Below the pieces are notes generated by a model. The model was given only the letters and a program-made list of their open reading frames with translations, was not told where the DNA came from and did no database searches. The position numbers and the translations under genes are program-made. Positions 48,436-59,242 of a stretch of DNA of 64,000 bases are shown here, one piece after another; within the stretch, counting starts at the first letter, position 1; every line of letters begins with the position of its first letter. This DNA is from an uncultured Verrucomicrobiae bacterium (GTDB lineage: Bacteria; Verrucomicrobiota; Verrucomicrobiia; Palsa-1439), in the NCBI GenBank assembly GCA_963812605.1, contig CAWEWF010000007.1:32001-96000 (forward strand). Direction: 5' to 3'.

Positions 48436-50637
48436 ATGCACGGGAAACTTCTCAAGGTACTCTACGCCGCGGTCGTGGTATTGGCGCTGGCATTCCCGTT
48501 CCTGTTGGCGCTGGAGAAAGTTTCTGAATCGGACACTTTTTGGCACCTCAAAACTGGCGAATGGATTTTCAGCCACGGAGCGATACCGCGTACCGATCCA
48601 TTCTCCGCGACCGTCTACGGGAAGCCATGGCTCGATTGGGAATGGCTGTTTCAAGCGGGCATTTATGCCGTGTACACGTGGGGAGGATTCAAGGCGCTCG
48701 TGATGGCCAAGGCCGTGATCGTTTTCCTGACAGGGCTGGTGCTTTTCCTGGCATGCCGTCGCAATGGGGCCGGCTCGCCGCTGGCGGCGTTGTTGGTGAT
48801 GGCGGCATTCGTCGCGGCGCGTGAACGGCTCGAAGTGCGGCCGGATGTGGTGATGCTGCTTTTCGCCGCTGTCACCGTCAGCTTGCTGGAAACAGCGCGG
48901 CGCGGGAAGCCGATGTGGTTGTGGGGGCTGCCGCTGGTGCAGTTGCTATGGGTCAACGTGCACGCGTCGTTTCCGCTCGGAATCGCACTGGCAGGAATCT
49001 ACGGGCTGGTGCAGGGGATTGATTCGGCGCTGCGCAAACAGTGGCATTGCCTGCTGCTGATCGCGGCGACGTTCCTGCTGGTGTGCGCCGCCTGCCTGGT
49101 GAATCCCTTTGGAATCGAGTTGGTGCGCCATGCCATCGAGCAGACGAGAGGTTCGAGTCCCTCGGGCGCGATCGGCGAATGGCAGCCAACACGCCGGCTG
49201 TTGCTTACGGAACCCAATTGGGCCCTGACGTTTTTTTGGTGGTTGCTCTGGCTGAATCCGGTCGTGCTGATTGCTGTATTGGCGACCAAACGACGCGAGT
49301 TTCCCTGGTCGCACGCGCTGGTGGTGGCCGGGATGAGCGTGCTGGCCTTGCGCTATAACCGATTCACGGCGCTTTACGCCATCGTGACCGCGCCGATTCT
49401 TGCGCAGGGGCTGGCGGTGATCCGCGCGAGGATTGCGGGGAAGCAACACTCGGAGTGGGGAGAAACAACCGCGCGGGTACTAACCGGTATTGCGGCCGCG
49501 TTCCTGATATTCGTGGTCGTAACGAATCGTTGGGCAGTGGCGGAGAATCGCCCTCCGAAATTTGGAGTGGGCGTGGATGAGTCGGTGGTGCCATTTCGGG
49601 CGCTGTCGATGATGGCAAAACTGCCGGCGGGATTGAACGTCTTCAATACCTTCCTCTCCGGCGGGCCGCTGCTGTGGAGGGATTACCCACAATGGCGGCC
49701 CTTCTGCGATGGACGCGCGAACCTATACGGGCGCGAATTTGTGGACCGCTACCGGCGGGCCATGTTCGATCCCGCGGACTGGGAGGCTTGGATGCAGGAG
49801 CGGTCGGTATCGGTGGCTTACCTGCAGTACGGCACGGCGGATGACCGCACCTTGCTGCAATACCTGGTGAAAAGCCATGTGTGGGACCTGCTCTATTTTG
49901 ATCACGCAGCCTGTATTTTTGTGCACCAGAGTTCGTGGGCCAAATTGCGCGCGGACGCGCAACTGGCGGATTACAAACCCGTGCATGTAACTGACACGAA
50001 CGCCCTTCTCGCGTACGCGCGCGAGCTGGCCGACGAAACGGCCGGCGGAAATTCATACCGCCGGGCGCGCGTGGTGGCGACGGTCGGAAATTTCCTCATG
50101 GCGATCGGCGCGGTCGATACGGCGGGGGCGTTGTTTGAGGATGCCGTGGCGATCAACCCGCGTCCTTCCGAGGCCTGGATGAACCTGGCGGTCATCAACC
50201 TCGACGAAGGCAAAACAACGGAGGCCTTGGGGTTTGCGGGAAAATTGCTGGCGCAAAACCCGCGCTACTTCTACGCGCGTTTGTTGGAAGCGCAGGTCAA
50301 GGCTACGGACGGCGACCTGGATGGCGCCGTGGCCGATGTGGACGCCGTGGTCAGCGAGCAACCACATTCCGCGCAGGCGTGGTTGCTGCGGGCGCAGTTG
50401 GCGGCGCGACAGGGGGACCGTCCTGCGGCAATCCGCGCGATCCAACATACGATCGCCGAGCAGGTTGAGGACGCGCATTTATTCCTGTTCCTCGGGCAAT
50501 TGCTGGTGGCCGAGGGACGGACCAATGAAGCGGTGAGCGCTTACGAAAAGTGCCTGCAACTCTGGAATGGCCCGCCGAAACAGCGAGCGCAGATCGAAAT
50601 AGATTTGGCGAAGCTGCATCCGCTCGTGACGAAATAA
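48436..50637 (+). CDS. Polytopic membrane protein of putative GT-C glycosyltransferase type with C-terminal TPRs
   Basis: DTFWHLKTGEWI, DPFS, W...EWL, RP, LWVNVH, NPFG, IGEWQP, DGRA.LYG; TPR tail. Confidence 0.7.
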   Translation: MHGKLLKVLYAAVVVLALAFPFLLALEKVSESDTFWHLKTGEWIFSHGAIPRTDPFSATVYGKPWLDWEWLFQAGIYAVYTWGGFKALVMAKAVIVFLTGLVLFLACRRNGAGSPLAALLVMAAFVAARERLEVRPDVVMLLFAAVTVSLLETARRGKPMWLWGLPLVQLLWVNVHASFPLGIALAGIYGLVQGIDSALRKQWHCLLLIAATFLLVCAACLVNPFGIELVRHAIEQTRGSSPSGAIGEWQPTRRLLLTEPNWALTFFWWLLWLNPVVLIAVLATKRREFPWSHALVVAGMSVLALRYNRFTALYAIVTAPILAQGLAVIRARIAGKQHSEWGETTARVLTGIAAAFLIFVVVTNRWAVAENRPPKFGVGVDESVVPFRALSMMAKLPAGLNVFNTFLSGGPLLWRDYPQWRPFCDGRANLYGREFVDRYRRAMFDPADWEAWMQERSVSVAYLQYGTADDRTLLQYLVKSHVWDLLYFDHAACIFVHQSSWAKLRADAQLADYKPVHVTDTNALLAYARELADETAGGNSYRRARVVATVGNFLMAIGAVDTAGALFEDAVAINPRPSEAWMNLAVINLDEGKTTEALGFAGKLLAQNPRYFYARLLEAQVKATDGDLDGAVADVDAVVSEQPHSAQAWLLRAQLAARQGDRPAAIRAIQHTIAEQVEDAHLFLFLGQLLVAEGRTNEAVSAYEKCLQLWNGPPKQRAQIEIDLAKLHPLVTK

Positions 50638-50716
50638 AATCGGAATGAGCGTTGTGGCCGTGGATCGGACCCGCAACCAAACGACCTTATACCATGGACT
50701 ATTCCCGCGATCTACG

Positions 50717-51748
50717 CTACTGCGCCTCGGGCGGAACATTGCTGGGGGCGGCCGCGGGGCTCGCCGATGGAGCCGGGGCCGCGCTGGCAGAGGACGGCGC
50801 AAGACTTGACGGATCTGCTGTCGCCAGCGAAGTATCGACCTTGATAAGGTCGCCCGTTTTCACCTGGAATGTGCCGTCGAGTCTGGCTTTGGCATATTTT
50901 TCCTGAACATCGGTGACCGTGACCGAACCGACTCGTTTCTGGTCTACGCCGAGCGATTCGCCGGTGTCGGGGTCCACCAGTGCTTCCCCGACGCTGAACA
51001 ACGCAAATCGGTCGCCAACGGAAGTCCCGGAGCGGGCCCCCGCATTCACAAAGACCCCGTCCATGGTGACCTTGATGACGTGCGCCTCGAATGGCACACT
51101 CCTCAGGCGGTCCGAGATCTTTTGCACCGCACTGTCGATGGCGATTTGCACGGCTTTGCCCATCGGCGTTTTGTTGAAACCTTTCTGACCAAAGCTGGCT
51201 ACGCCAACGTTCACACCGACACTCGTGCCGCCCGAGGCGACTTTCCCCTCGACGCGCTGCGAGTCCAACACCTGACCGCTGCTCGTATCGACCAGTTGAA
51301 TGATCAGGCCAACATGCGCCTCCGATTTATTATTGCCGAGACTGAGGGGGCCAAACCCAAAGCCGGAGCTGTTTCCAGCACTCTTGCTCTCAAATTCGGT
51401 GATGCTACCCTTCACGAGCGCCTGGGCGGCGATCAGTTTCCCGGTTTTCGCGGTCTTGGAGGCGGCTGATTGCCCGCTGGCGCTGAGTTTTTGCTCATCC
51501 TGGATGTCATCGAGCGTCTTGCGCTCCACAACGATGAACTCCCCACTCTGCACAAGGGCGTCGCTCAACTGGTCGGCCATGTTATCACCCAGCGCGCTCT
51601 CATTGTCGCCACTCTTGTTTTCAAACCGCGATACGGCGACGATTTTTTTCAGGCCTGCAGCGTTGGCATTGGGCACTGAGCATGGAATCGACGCGAACGC
51701 CGCCGCCAACCCGTATGCCACCGCTCTCCTGCGAAGTATTCTTTTCAT
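50717..51748 (-). CDS. CsgG/HfaB family protein with FlgT-like C-terminal domain
   Basis: VAVSRFEN, F.VVER..L..I..EQ, GSITEF, LVDTSSGQV; INAG-like motif and DPDTGESLG. Confidence 0.85.
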   Translation of the reverse strand: MKRILRRRAVAYGLAAAFASIPCSVPNANAAGLKKIVAVSRFENKSGDNESALGDNMADQLSDALVQSGEFIVVERKTLDDIQDEQKLSASGQSAASKTAKTGKLIAAQALVKGSITEFESKSAGNSSGFGFGPLSLGNNKSEAHVGLIIQLVDTSSGQVLDSQRVEGKVASGGTSVGVNVGVASFGQKGFNKTPMGKAVQIAIDSAVQKISDRLRSVPFEAHVIKVTMDGVFVNAGARSGTSVGDRFALFSVGEALVDPDTGESLGVDQKRVGSVTVTDVQEKYAKARLDGTFQVKTGDLIKVDTSLATADPSSLAPSSASAAPAPSASPAAAPSNVPPEAQ

Positions 51749-51793
51749 GGCTGCTTTCTCCTCCATTTGTTGAATTTGTTTTTTGCGCGCGAG

Positions 51794-53245
51794 TTAGGAA
51801 CTGGCCGTGCGTTTCAACTGGGCAACACGTTCGTCCTTGTTGGCGCTGGATTGCTTATCGTTCTTCTCTTTCTTATCGGCCTTATCCTTATCACCCTTAT
51901 CGTTCTTCTCTTTTCCTTCCGGCTTGCCCTCTTGCTGCCCTGGCTTTCCATGCTCGCCCGCCTCAGGATGTTCGCCCGGACGGGATTCGCCGGGGTGCTT
52001 GTCGTTGGAGCGGGAGTCGCCCGGGTGTTTTTCGTCCGAGCGAGATTCAGCGCGCCGTTCATTATCGCGAGCCTGATCGCGAGCCTGCGCAGCATGGACT
52101 TCCGCCGTATGAGCGTTCTGGCGCTCGGTCACTATCCGTTGATGATCCTCGCGCATTACCATGCGGTCATGAGCCCGGAGTTCATCATGGCGGAATTCTT
52201 CCACTTTGTGCTCCGTGAAACGTTCCAGGTGCTCCCGATCCATTCCTTCGTGGATGTATCGGCCATATTCATCCCTCCGAAACCGGTTGATTTCACTTCG
52301 GCCAAATTCGCGGCGAAACTCTTCGCCCCGCAAGATATAGCGGTGGTAATCGTGTTCCCAGAAGTGCTCGCGACCGACGAATACATAAAATGAGGCGGCG
52401 TAACCAAAGTCGTAGTCAGCCCCATAGCGACGGCCGCCATAGGTCCAGCCGCCATCGACAAATAGCGCGCCGGGCGGTAGCGGCGCCCAACCCATGTATC
52501 CTTCCGAATGCCGCCAGAAAACCCAAGACGGCGCGTATTGATAGCCCGGTACCCAGACCCAGCCATAGGCGCCCGCGTATGTCCACGAGCCATAATGGAA
52601 CACAACCGAACCCCAGGGATTATCCGACTGCCAATACATACCTGCGTCGCTATACACCCAGTGCCCGCCGTCATAATACGGACGCCAGCCGGACTCGACG
52701 GTCGGTTGCCAGCACTGGCCGTATCCCGGCACATCAACCCAGGAGCCGTAAGGAGAAAGTTGTCCCTGGACGTAGTCGAAGTTGACCACCGGTTCTGCGG
52801 ACGAAGGAGGAGCGGCGACAGAGCCGGATGATTGTTCGCCGCCGCCGGTCTCAGGAGCCGGAGGGGTCGAAGGCGCAGACGGCGGAGGAGGCAGGGACGC
52901 CGACGCAGAAGGAGGGGCGGGAGCAGGCGTCGGGGCGCTTGTGCCACTGGCTTGCAACAACGCCGTGATCACATTCTGGGAGACGCCCTGGTTCTTGAGG
53001 TAAATCATTTGTTCCGTGGTGAGGTCGTAAGACGCGCCAGCCTTTTTGACCTTGGCCAGGATGATATCTTCGCTCATTCCGGCTTTGGTAAGTTTCACAA
53101 CGTCGTCCACTCCGGCGGGGACATCGACCGCTCCCGACTGCGCCAGCGCCACGGTCGCCAGCATCCCGAAACGTCCGCTCAAGGCGATGCAGGTCACCCC
53201 AATAGCAAGTGTTACCATCACGTCTGCCAGTCTTGCTGTCTTCAT
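51794..53245 (-). CDS. Exported DUF6600-like protein with Pro-rich linker and charged low-complexity tail
   Basis: LSPYGSW..PGYG.CWQP, WRPY..G.W, WG...FHYG.W, WVPG, GWAPLPP; SD AGGAG. Confidence 0.8.
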   Translation of the reverse strand: MKTARLADVMVTLAIGVTCIALSGRFGMLATVALAQSGAVDVPAGVDDVVKLTKAGMSEDIILAKVKKAGASYDLTTEQMIYLKNQGVSQNVITALLQASGTSAPTPAPAPPSASASLPPPPSAPSTPPAPETGGGEQSSGSVAAPPSSAEPVVNFDYVQGQLSPYGSWVDVPGYGQCWQPTVESGWRPYYDGGHWVYSDAGMYWQSDNPWGSVVFHYGSWTYAGAYGWVWVPGYQYAPSWVFWRHSEGYMGWAPLPPGALFVDGGWTYGGRRYGADYDFGYAASFYVFVGREHFWEHDYHRYILRGEEFRREFGRSEINRFRRDEYGRYIHEGMDREHLERFTEHKVEEFRHDELRAHDRMVMREDHQRIVTERQNAHTAEVHAAQARDQARDNERRAESRSDEKHPGDSRSNDKHPGESRPGEHPEAGEHGKPGQQEGKPEGKEKNDKGDKDKADKKEKNDKQSSANKDERVAQLKRTASS

Positions 53246-53426
53246 AGTATCTCCTGAATTGGCTTTGATTCCGCTATCGTTTGGTTACCAGGGCGTGTTT
53301 CATTGCGCCCTCATCGCCTATACGGTTCCACTCGCCCGATCTTGCAGAAAAACACCAACCAGCAAGACCATGGAGCATATGTCGTTACCACCCTTGAGGT
53401 CAAGATTGGACTGGAACCTGAAGGTT

Positions 53427-55551
53427 CTAGGGGGGAACACCGATGCTGGTCGACTTCGAGGTCAAGGTGCTTACGGCGCCGGTTGGCGACATCCGGCGGA
53501 TCACTTGATTCCCCCTGTCCGCCACGTAGATATTATTCTGATCGTCCACCGCGATCCCTTGCGGATCATTGAACCGCGCATTGCCGCCAAGGCCATCAAC
53601 AATGCCGCGTTGTCCAACGGCCCCGGCCACCGTGGTCACGACGCCCGCGGGGGTGATTTTGCGTATCGTGTTATTGTACGTGTCCGCCACGTAGAAATTC
53701 CCTTCCTTGTCCATCCCAATTCCTTGGGGACGGTTAAACAACGCCTCTGCACCCAGGCCATCGGTGGCGCCCGCTTGCCCGGCCGTACCCGCCACCGTGG
53801 TCACGACACCTGCCGGGGTGATTTTGCGTATCGTGTTGTTGTAGGTGTCGGTCACGTAGACATTGCCTTCCTTATCGACCGCCAAGCCCTTGTTTTGGTC
53901 ACTGAATCGGGCGCTGGCACCCGTGCCGTCGGCGCTGCCGGCGTGCCGCGGCGTCCCCGCCAAGGTGCTGACGACGCCCGCCGGCGTGATCTTGCGAATC
54001 GTGTACATGTCGGCGACGTAAACATTACCGGCATCGTCCACGGCGACTCCTGACGGCACGCTAAATCGTGCCTCGCTGCCGGCCCCATCAACGGTCCCGG
54101 GGGTTCCAGCCTTTCCGGCCAGGGTGCTGACGCCGCCTGTGGGTGTGATCTTCCGGATGGTGTAAGAATCAGCCACGTAGATATTGCCGGCTTTGTCGAC
54201 GGCGATTCCCCGAAGAATGCTAAACCGCGCATCGCCGTGGTTGCCATTGAGGACGCCGGGAGTTCTGCGTTTTCCAGCCAGTTCCGCCATTATCCGCGCG
54301 GGCGTGATCTTCGAGACAAGGTTGTTGTCCTCGTCCGCGACATAAATGTTACCGGAGCTGTCCGCGGCAACCGCCCGAAGGTTTTGAAAGATCAACGGCT
54401 GTACGGGCTCGGTGGGTGCGGCCGGCGACAGCCGGGGCGGTCGATGTGATCGGTGTTGCGGGGACGATTGGCGCAGTTGATCGGCGCAGCAGGAAGACCT
54501 CCGCGACAAGGCCCACCAAGCCCACGAGAATCCAGACAGTCTTCGGAATTCGTCGAACCCCTTTCATGGTCTGGCGCACTTTGCGGCCCATGTCCCGATG
54601 CCCTACGAGTTCCTTGCTCTCTTTGATCCGCTCCAGGTCGGCGAGGACGTCCGTCATGTCGGCATATCGATTCCGGAGTTCGCGCGCCATCGCTCCTTCG
54701 GCCACCGTGACCAGCCGGGGATCGGCATTTGGATTCAGGATGGCAATGGATTTGGGCGGACCGGACAGGATTTGCTCCAGGATTTCCTTGGTGGTTTGGC
54801 CAGTATAAGGAGGCTGTCCGGTCAACATCTCGTAGAGCACCGCGCCGAACGCGTAGATGTCGCAACGCGTGTCTTCGGCATGACCGGCCGCAACCGCGGG
54901 CGACATATAGGGCGCGGTGCCTTCGCATTGCTGGCTCTCCACGTTCACGATCGAGTCGTTGAACAGGGTGCGCGCCAGGCCGAAGTCGGCCAGACAAGCC
55001 TTGTCATTGGCCGCCAGTAGAATGTTGGCCGGCTTGAGGTCGCGATGGATGATCCCGCGTTGGTGGGCAAATTGCAAGGCCTCGGCGACCTGGGAAGCGA
55101 TATCGAGAATCAACGACGACTCCAATCCCCGGCGAACCTCGATTCGTCTAGCAAGGCTCCCCCGCTCGAAAAAGGGCATGACCAGATAAGGGCCTTCGAC
55201 GCGGTTTGAAACCTCCAGCACGGGCACCACGTTGGTATGTCGCAAGCGCCGCATATGCCCGGCCTCCTTGACAAACAGGCGCACCGCCCGCGGATTCTCC
55301 GCCAAATCCGGTCGGACCATTTTGACCGCGACATCCAGGCCCGTGTTTGGATCCCGCGCCTGCAGTACGACGCCCATTCCACCGCCACCCAAAACTCGCA
55401 GGACTTCGAACCGATCCACCATGGCCAGCACACCTGGTCGCGAAGGCGGAGAAAGCATGCGCTGACCCACGAGCTCGGCGATCGGTCCGACGAATGACGA
55501 AGCCGGCCGGGTCGCTTGGTCAGGCTGCTCTCGTATGGTCTCTTCGTTCAT
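53427..55551 (-). CDS. Membrane Ser/Thr protein kinase with six NHL repeats; frameshift near 54425
   Basis: GGGGMG, VAVK, HRDLKPAN, DFG, one TM, Pro/Thr linker, six G.AVD..GN.YVAD..IRKI repeats. Confidence 0.85.
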
Positions 55552-55560
55552 GACAGCGCA

Positions 55561-56094
55561 TCACCGGTCGGCTTTCTTCGAAATTTTTTCCACGGCCGCG
55601 AGCAGCAAAGCCTTGGTTTCTTCATCGACCCAGGGCTGGTCTTTGGCCCACAGCAGGCCGCGCCGCAGGTCGGCGTCCTTGAGTTGTGAAATCCGCGTGT
55701 CGAGGCGGACGAGCGCGACGGCGATGCTGGTGTAGTAAAGCGCGCTCACGATTTCCGCCGGCAAACCGCTCTCGGGATGATCCAGGTTTGCCTTGGCAAA
55801 ATCCTTGGTGAGCTTCAGCAGTTCGACCGGCGGAGATGAATGATGAAAGAGGTCGGAAAAGCTTTTCAGGAGCAATCCCTGGGCATCGCTCAGCGTCTTC
55901 AACCTCACGGCGGTCCCGGGATCAAACCCGCCCAGATCCAACAATACGGGCGACCGCATTTGGTGTTGGAAGATGGCGGCCAATTCCTCCGGTAGCCAGA
56001 GTCTGGCGCCTTCAGCCCCCGCTTTCATCAACGCGGCGAGACGTTTGGGCCGGCTTTTGAATACAGCTTCCGATGAGTCAGATTCGGACATCAT
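55561..56094 (-). CDS. Hypothetical soluble helical protein between sigma and kinase
   Basis: Intact 177-aa ORF packed in the operon; PPVELLKLTKDFAK, LYYTSIAVALVR. Confidence 0.7.
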   Translation of the reverse strand: MMSESDSSEAVFKSRPKRLAALMKAGAEGARLWLPEELAAIFQHQMRSPVLLDLGGFDPGTAVRLKTLSDAQGLLLKSFSDLFHHSSPPVELLKLTKDFAKANLDHPESGLPAEIVSALYYTSIAVALVRLDTRISQLKDADLRRGLLWAKDQPWVDEETKALLLAAVEKISKKADR

Positions 56095-56146
56095 GATCCT
56101 ACTATCTATACGGGTTTCGTTGGTGAATCTTGCACGTCAGTTGATT

Positions 56147-56883
56147 TCAGCCCCGGTTCGCCATTCGTGATACAAACTCTTCCAGCGCTTTGACTTCCGC
56201 CGCTGTCGCCGCATCCTGCTCGGCGTATTCTTGGATAACTTTATTCAGGTGCATCTTGAATATGCGCTTGGCGCTCAACAACATGTTGGACGCGTCCGTC
56301 GGCGACCGCAGCCCGAAGCGCTCAATCAATTGATCATAGGGCGCTGGGCTCGCATCGTCAAAAATCGGCGCCAACAGGCGGATGCGGAACATCTCCCAGA
56401 TGTAACCGCGCCGCGGCTGGTCCCGGCGGAGCCCTGGCAATCGGTTTCCATCCGTCGCAGCGTCTCGGCGAGCACGGTACGAACCCAGGTCAGGTCGAAT
56501 TCTTCCGAAGCCGCCGCCTCGCTGGGCAATTCCTGCCCCAACTCTTCCAGCGACACGGGCGCATGCTTTACGTCGGCTCGACTCAAGCGATCGCGAACGA
56601 AATTCCGCAGACTGGTCTTCAGGAAATGGCGAAACTGCCCGCGGCTTCGGTCGGCCCGCTGCAGCCAGCCTTTTTTGAGGATCTTGTCCTCGGCAAATTC
56701 CTGGAGCACGACTTCCGCGTCGTCCCTCAGTGTGGGAAAGGTCGCGACCAGGAAAATCTTCAGTGGTGACCAATACAAACGGATGAGCCGATCAAGGCGC
56801 ACCTCATCTCCCTCGGCCGCCTTGCCCAACTCGGTCCAGTCGGTTCGAGGAAAGATGGAACTGGCTTGTGGTTCAGGAGACAT
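56147..56883 (-). CDS. Divergent ECF sigma factor (FPxTxW type); frameshift near 56430
   Basis: FPRTDWT, LYWSPL, DAE..LQEF, RGQFRHFL..SL.NF, FD..W. Confidence 0.75.
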
Positions 56884-56991
56884 CACCGTAACACACTTCA
56901 CCAGAATAGGTTGCCTTTTACAAGCCGTTTCGGGGTGTCCTGCGGGAGACTGTGGGCCAGGGCTTAATGTAGAATCGAATTACGGACCATG

Positions 56992-58807
56992 TTAGAGCTT
57001 CGATGGCGACGGGTACTGCCAGACCCAGTCGCCTTCGTTTTCATCGAATAACTGCTTTCCCGGAATGCCGCCATCGTCCTTTTCGTTCCAGCCGACAGAA
57101 TAAAGGACAAACTGGCCGTCGGCGGTACGACGGTATCGGTAGGGCTCGCCGGTTATTACATCATGAGGCAGTGAGGAAATGAATTGCGGCACGAGCGCGT
57201 CTAGTGTGTCGGGGAATTGGCCATTGGCCAGACGGTAGCGTTCCAACGCGCAGGCAAGCAGGGCTTGATCCGACGTGGTTTGTGCGACGGCCGCTTTGAT
57301 GGGAATTTTCGGCAACGCGGGCAGCAGGATTGTTGACATGAGCCGATGATGTACGAAAATCGTGTCAAACGGATATCGTCCGGCGAGCGCCCGGTCAAAC
57401 GCCTGGGCATCGGATTCAATTCGCTTCGGGTAAACTCGCTTGTTCGTTCCATCGAATGCTCCCGCCATCTGCAATACAGACAGACGGCAATAGTTGACCT
57501 GCTCCTGATCGAACCATCCCGACGGAACTATTCGACCAAAGAAATCGGCAACCTCTTTGTCAGATGGGGTTGGTTGTCCCGGGCCGACGAGTGTGATCAG
57601 CGTGCCGATCCCCCGTCTTTTGACGAATTCGATAATGGTGGTTCCCATCGCCCGTTCCGCATCGAGTGGGAACTTGAGATCCGCCACGAAATTATACGAT
57701 TGCAGGCGAGCTTGAAGCTCTTGCAGTTGGGTATCCGACCAGGCCTGTTCGGCCAAACCTTCCCAAATCGGTTGGATCGCCGTTTGCACACAGGCGATCC
57801 GAACCAGATACGAAATCAAAGTGGGTTCTTCCTTCAGCGAATCCGCCAGACGGAGGATCAGCGTCACATCTTTCAAGGCAGTCTCACTCCGGCCGGTGGT
57901 GAGTTCCGCGCAGGCTTTGAGTCCCAGCCGCCGACAGGCGCCCCTCACGTGGTTAAGATGCGGCAGCAGGATTTCCGCTGGATCTTCCAGGCTGTAATCG
58001 ATTGGATAGCGCGAGAAAGGCCGCTGGCTGGCGGCGCGGAGTTCCGCAAAAGCAGCATCATTGGTTTTCAATCCTTCCAGAACCGACGGAGCGGCTTTTG
58101 CCCGGGATTTGAAATCGAGTTTGTCCGACCTGAATTTTTGCGAGCCGGTCATTTTGCCGGCCTGAACCACCGCAAAAGCGTTACTCCAGGCTGCCAAATC
58201 AAGAAACTGCCTGGCGAACACACTTCGCCGCGCCTCGGGAACGGCCATGTGATCCTGCGCTTGCTCGTAGTTGTCTCCCTTTCGAATCCCCGGGGAATTG
58301 GTGCGGGCAAACCATGACTGGATTAACGGCGTTGCCGCGAAATTTTGGCCGTCGGGAATCGAATGCGGAATGAACGCGTTAAAGTCCAACTGCTCGCCGC
58401 GGGCTTCCGCTTCATGACGGTATCGTGTCCCACGCGTGTTTCCCGCGAATGTTTTCCTCGGTGCAATACAGCGCATAGACGGTGACGAGAACCGCAAGGC
58501 CAATCAGCGCGCGGCGTACGTTTCGCCACTTGAACGGTCGATGTAGCCAGCCAAACACCGGCAACAAGCTCGCCAAAAATATCACGGACACGGCCCCAAA
58601 GAAAACCATCGCCCCCTCCAAGAGGTGCCGCACCGACTCCTCTGTTCCGTCCGCGATGTTGAGCTTCCAGTCCCCAACCAACCCGGCGAAGATCGCCCAT
58701 TCGCAAGGGAGCAAGACGAGGATGATTACCAGGAGACGGAGAACCGCAGCGCGAGGTTTCGGCCAGGCCGGATTCCAAATGCTTTTCGGTTTTTCGTTCG
58801 TGTCCAT
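56992..58807 (-). CDS. Membrane protein with C-terminal GspG/pseudopilin-like domain; frameshift near 58428
   Basis: N-terminal TMs, EENIRGKHAW, LISYLVRIA, ACALERYRLANGQFPDTLDALVP..YSVGWNEKDDGG. Confidence 0.7.
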
Positions 58808-58813
58808 GGCCAA

Positions 58814-59242
58814 TCAAGCCTCCAGAAATTCGCGTCGCCGTTCGCTCTGCGAGCCGGGTGTTAGTGGCGCGGGTGGCCTGGCGTTGCGCGATTCGGGCAC
58901 GCCGATCAACTCGGCAAAGAAAACCTCCTGTTGGCGCAGTTCGGAGATCGCTTCCTGCGACAAGGAAGATCGCTTCGCAATCACGGGCGATTCATCGCGA
59001 GTGGCAAGATTCAGCGTGAGAATCAAAATCCACGCGCAGGCCAGGCCGGTCCAGATTCGCCGGCTCGGCAGGATCAATTCGCGCCACAATGTCCAGCCGA
59101 CGGCGAGGAAGAGATTGCGCTTTGAATCACGGCGGTCATAGACCGCCGCTACAGACGCGGCGAGTGATTTATCCCACATCCGATCCAGTTTCGGTTCGAC
59201 CGACCGATGTCGCTTCAACAAGATTTCGCGCGGTGTTTTCAT
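58814..59242 (-). CDS. Small single-TM putative anti-sigma factor
   Basis: ATGA overlap with the sigma gene; MKTPREILL, WRELILPSRRIW plus TM. Confidence 0.7.
   Translation of the reverse strand: MKTPREILLKRHRSVEPKLDRMWDKSLAASVAAVYDRRDSKRNLFLAVGWTLWRELILPSRRIWTGLACAWILILTLNLATRDESPVIAKRSSLSQEAISELRQQEVFFAELIGVPESRNARPPAPLTPGSQSERRREFLEA
59130..59153 (-). repeat. GTAG-type REP-like palindrome inside the coding sequence
   Basis: Minus strand TGTAGCGGCGGTCTATGACCGCCG (8-bp perfect stem), translated as VAAVYDRR. Confidence 0.7.

Noticed and set aside
51767-52393. Very hydrophobic 208-aa + strand ORF
   Set aside because: Antisense of the Lys/Glu/Asp-rich tail of the DUF6600 gene
53480-54390. Periodic DNA repeats resembling an array
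   Set aside because: Coding NHL repeats; no constant repeat with unique spacers and no cas genes
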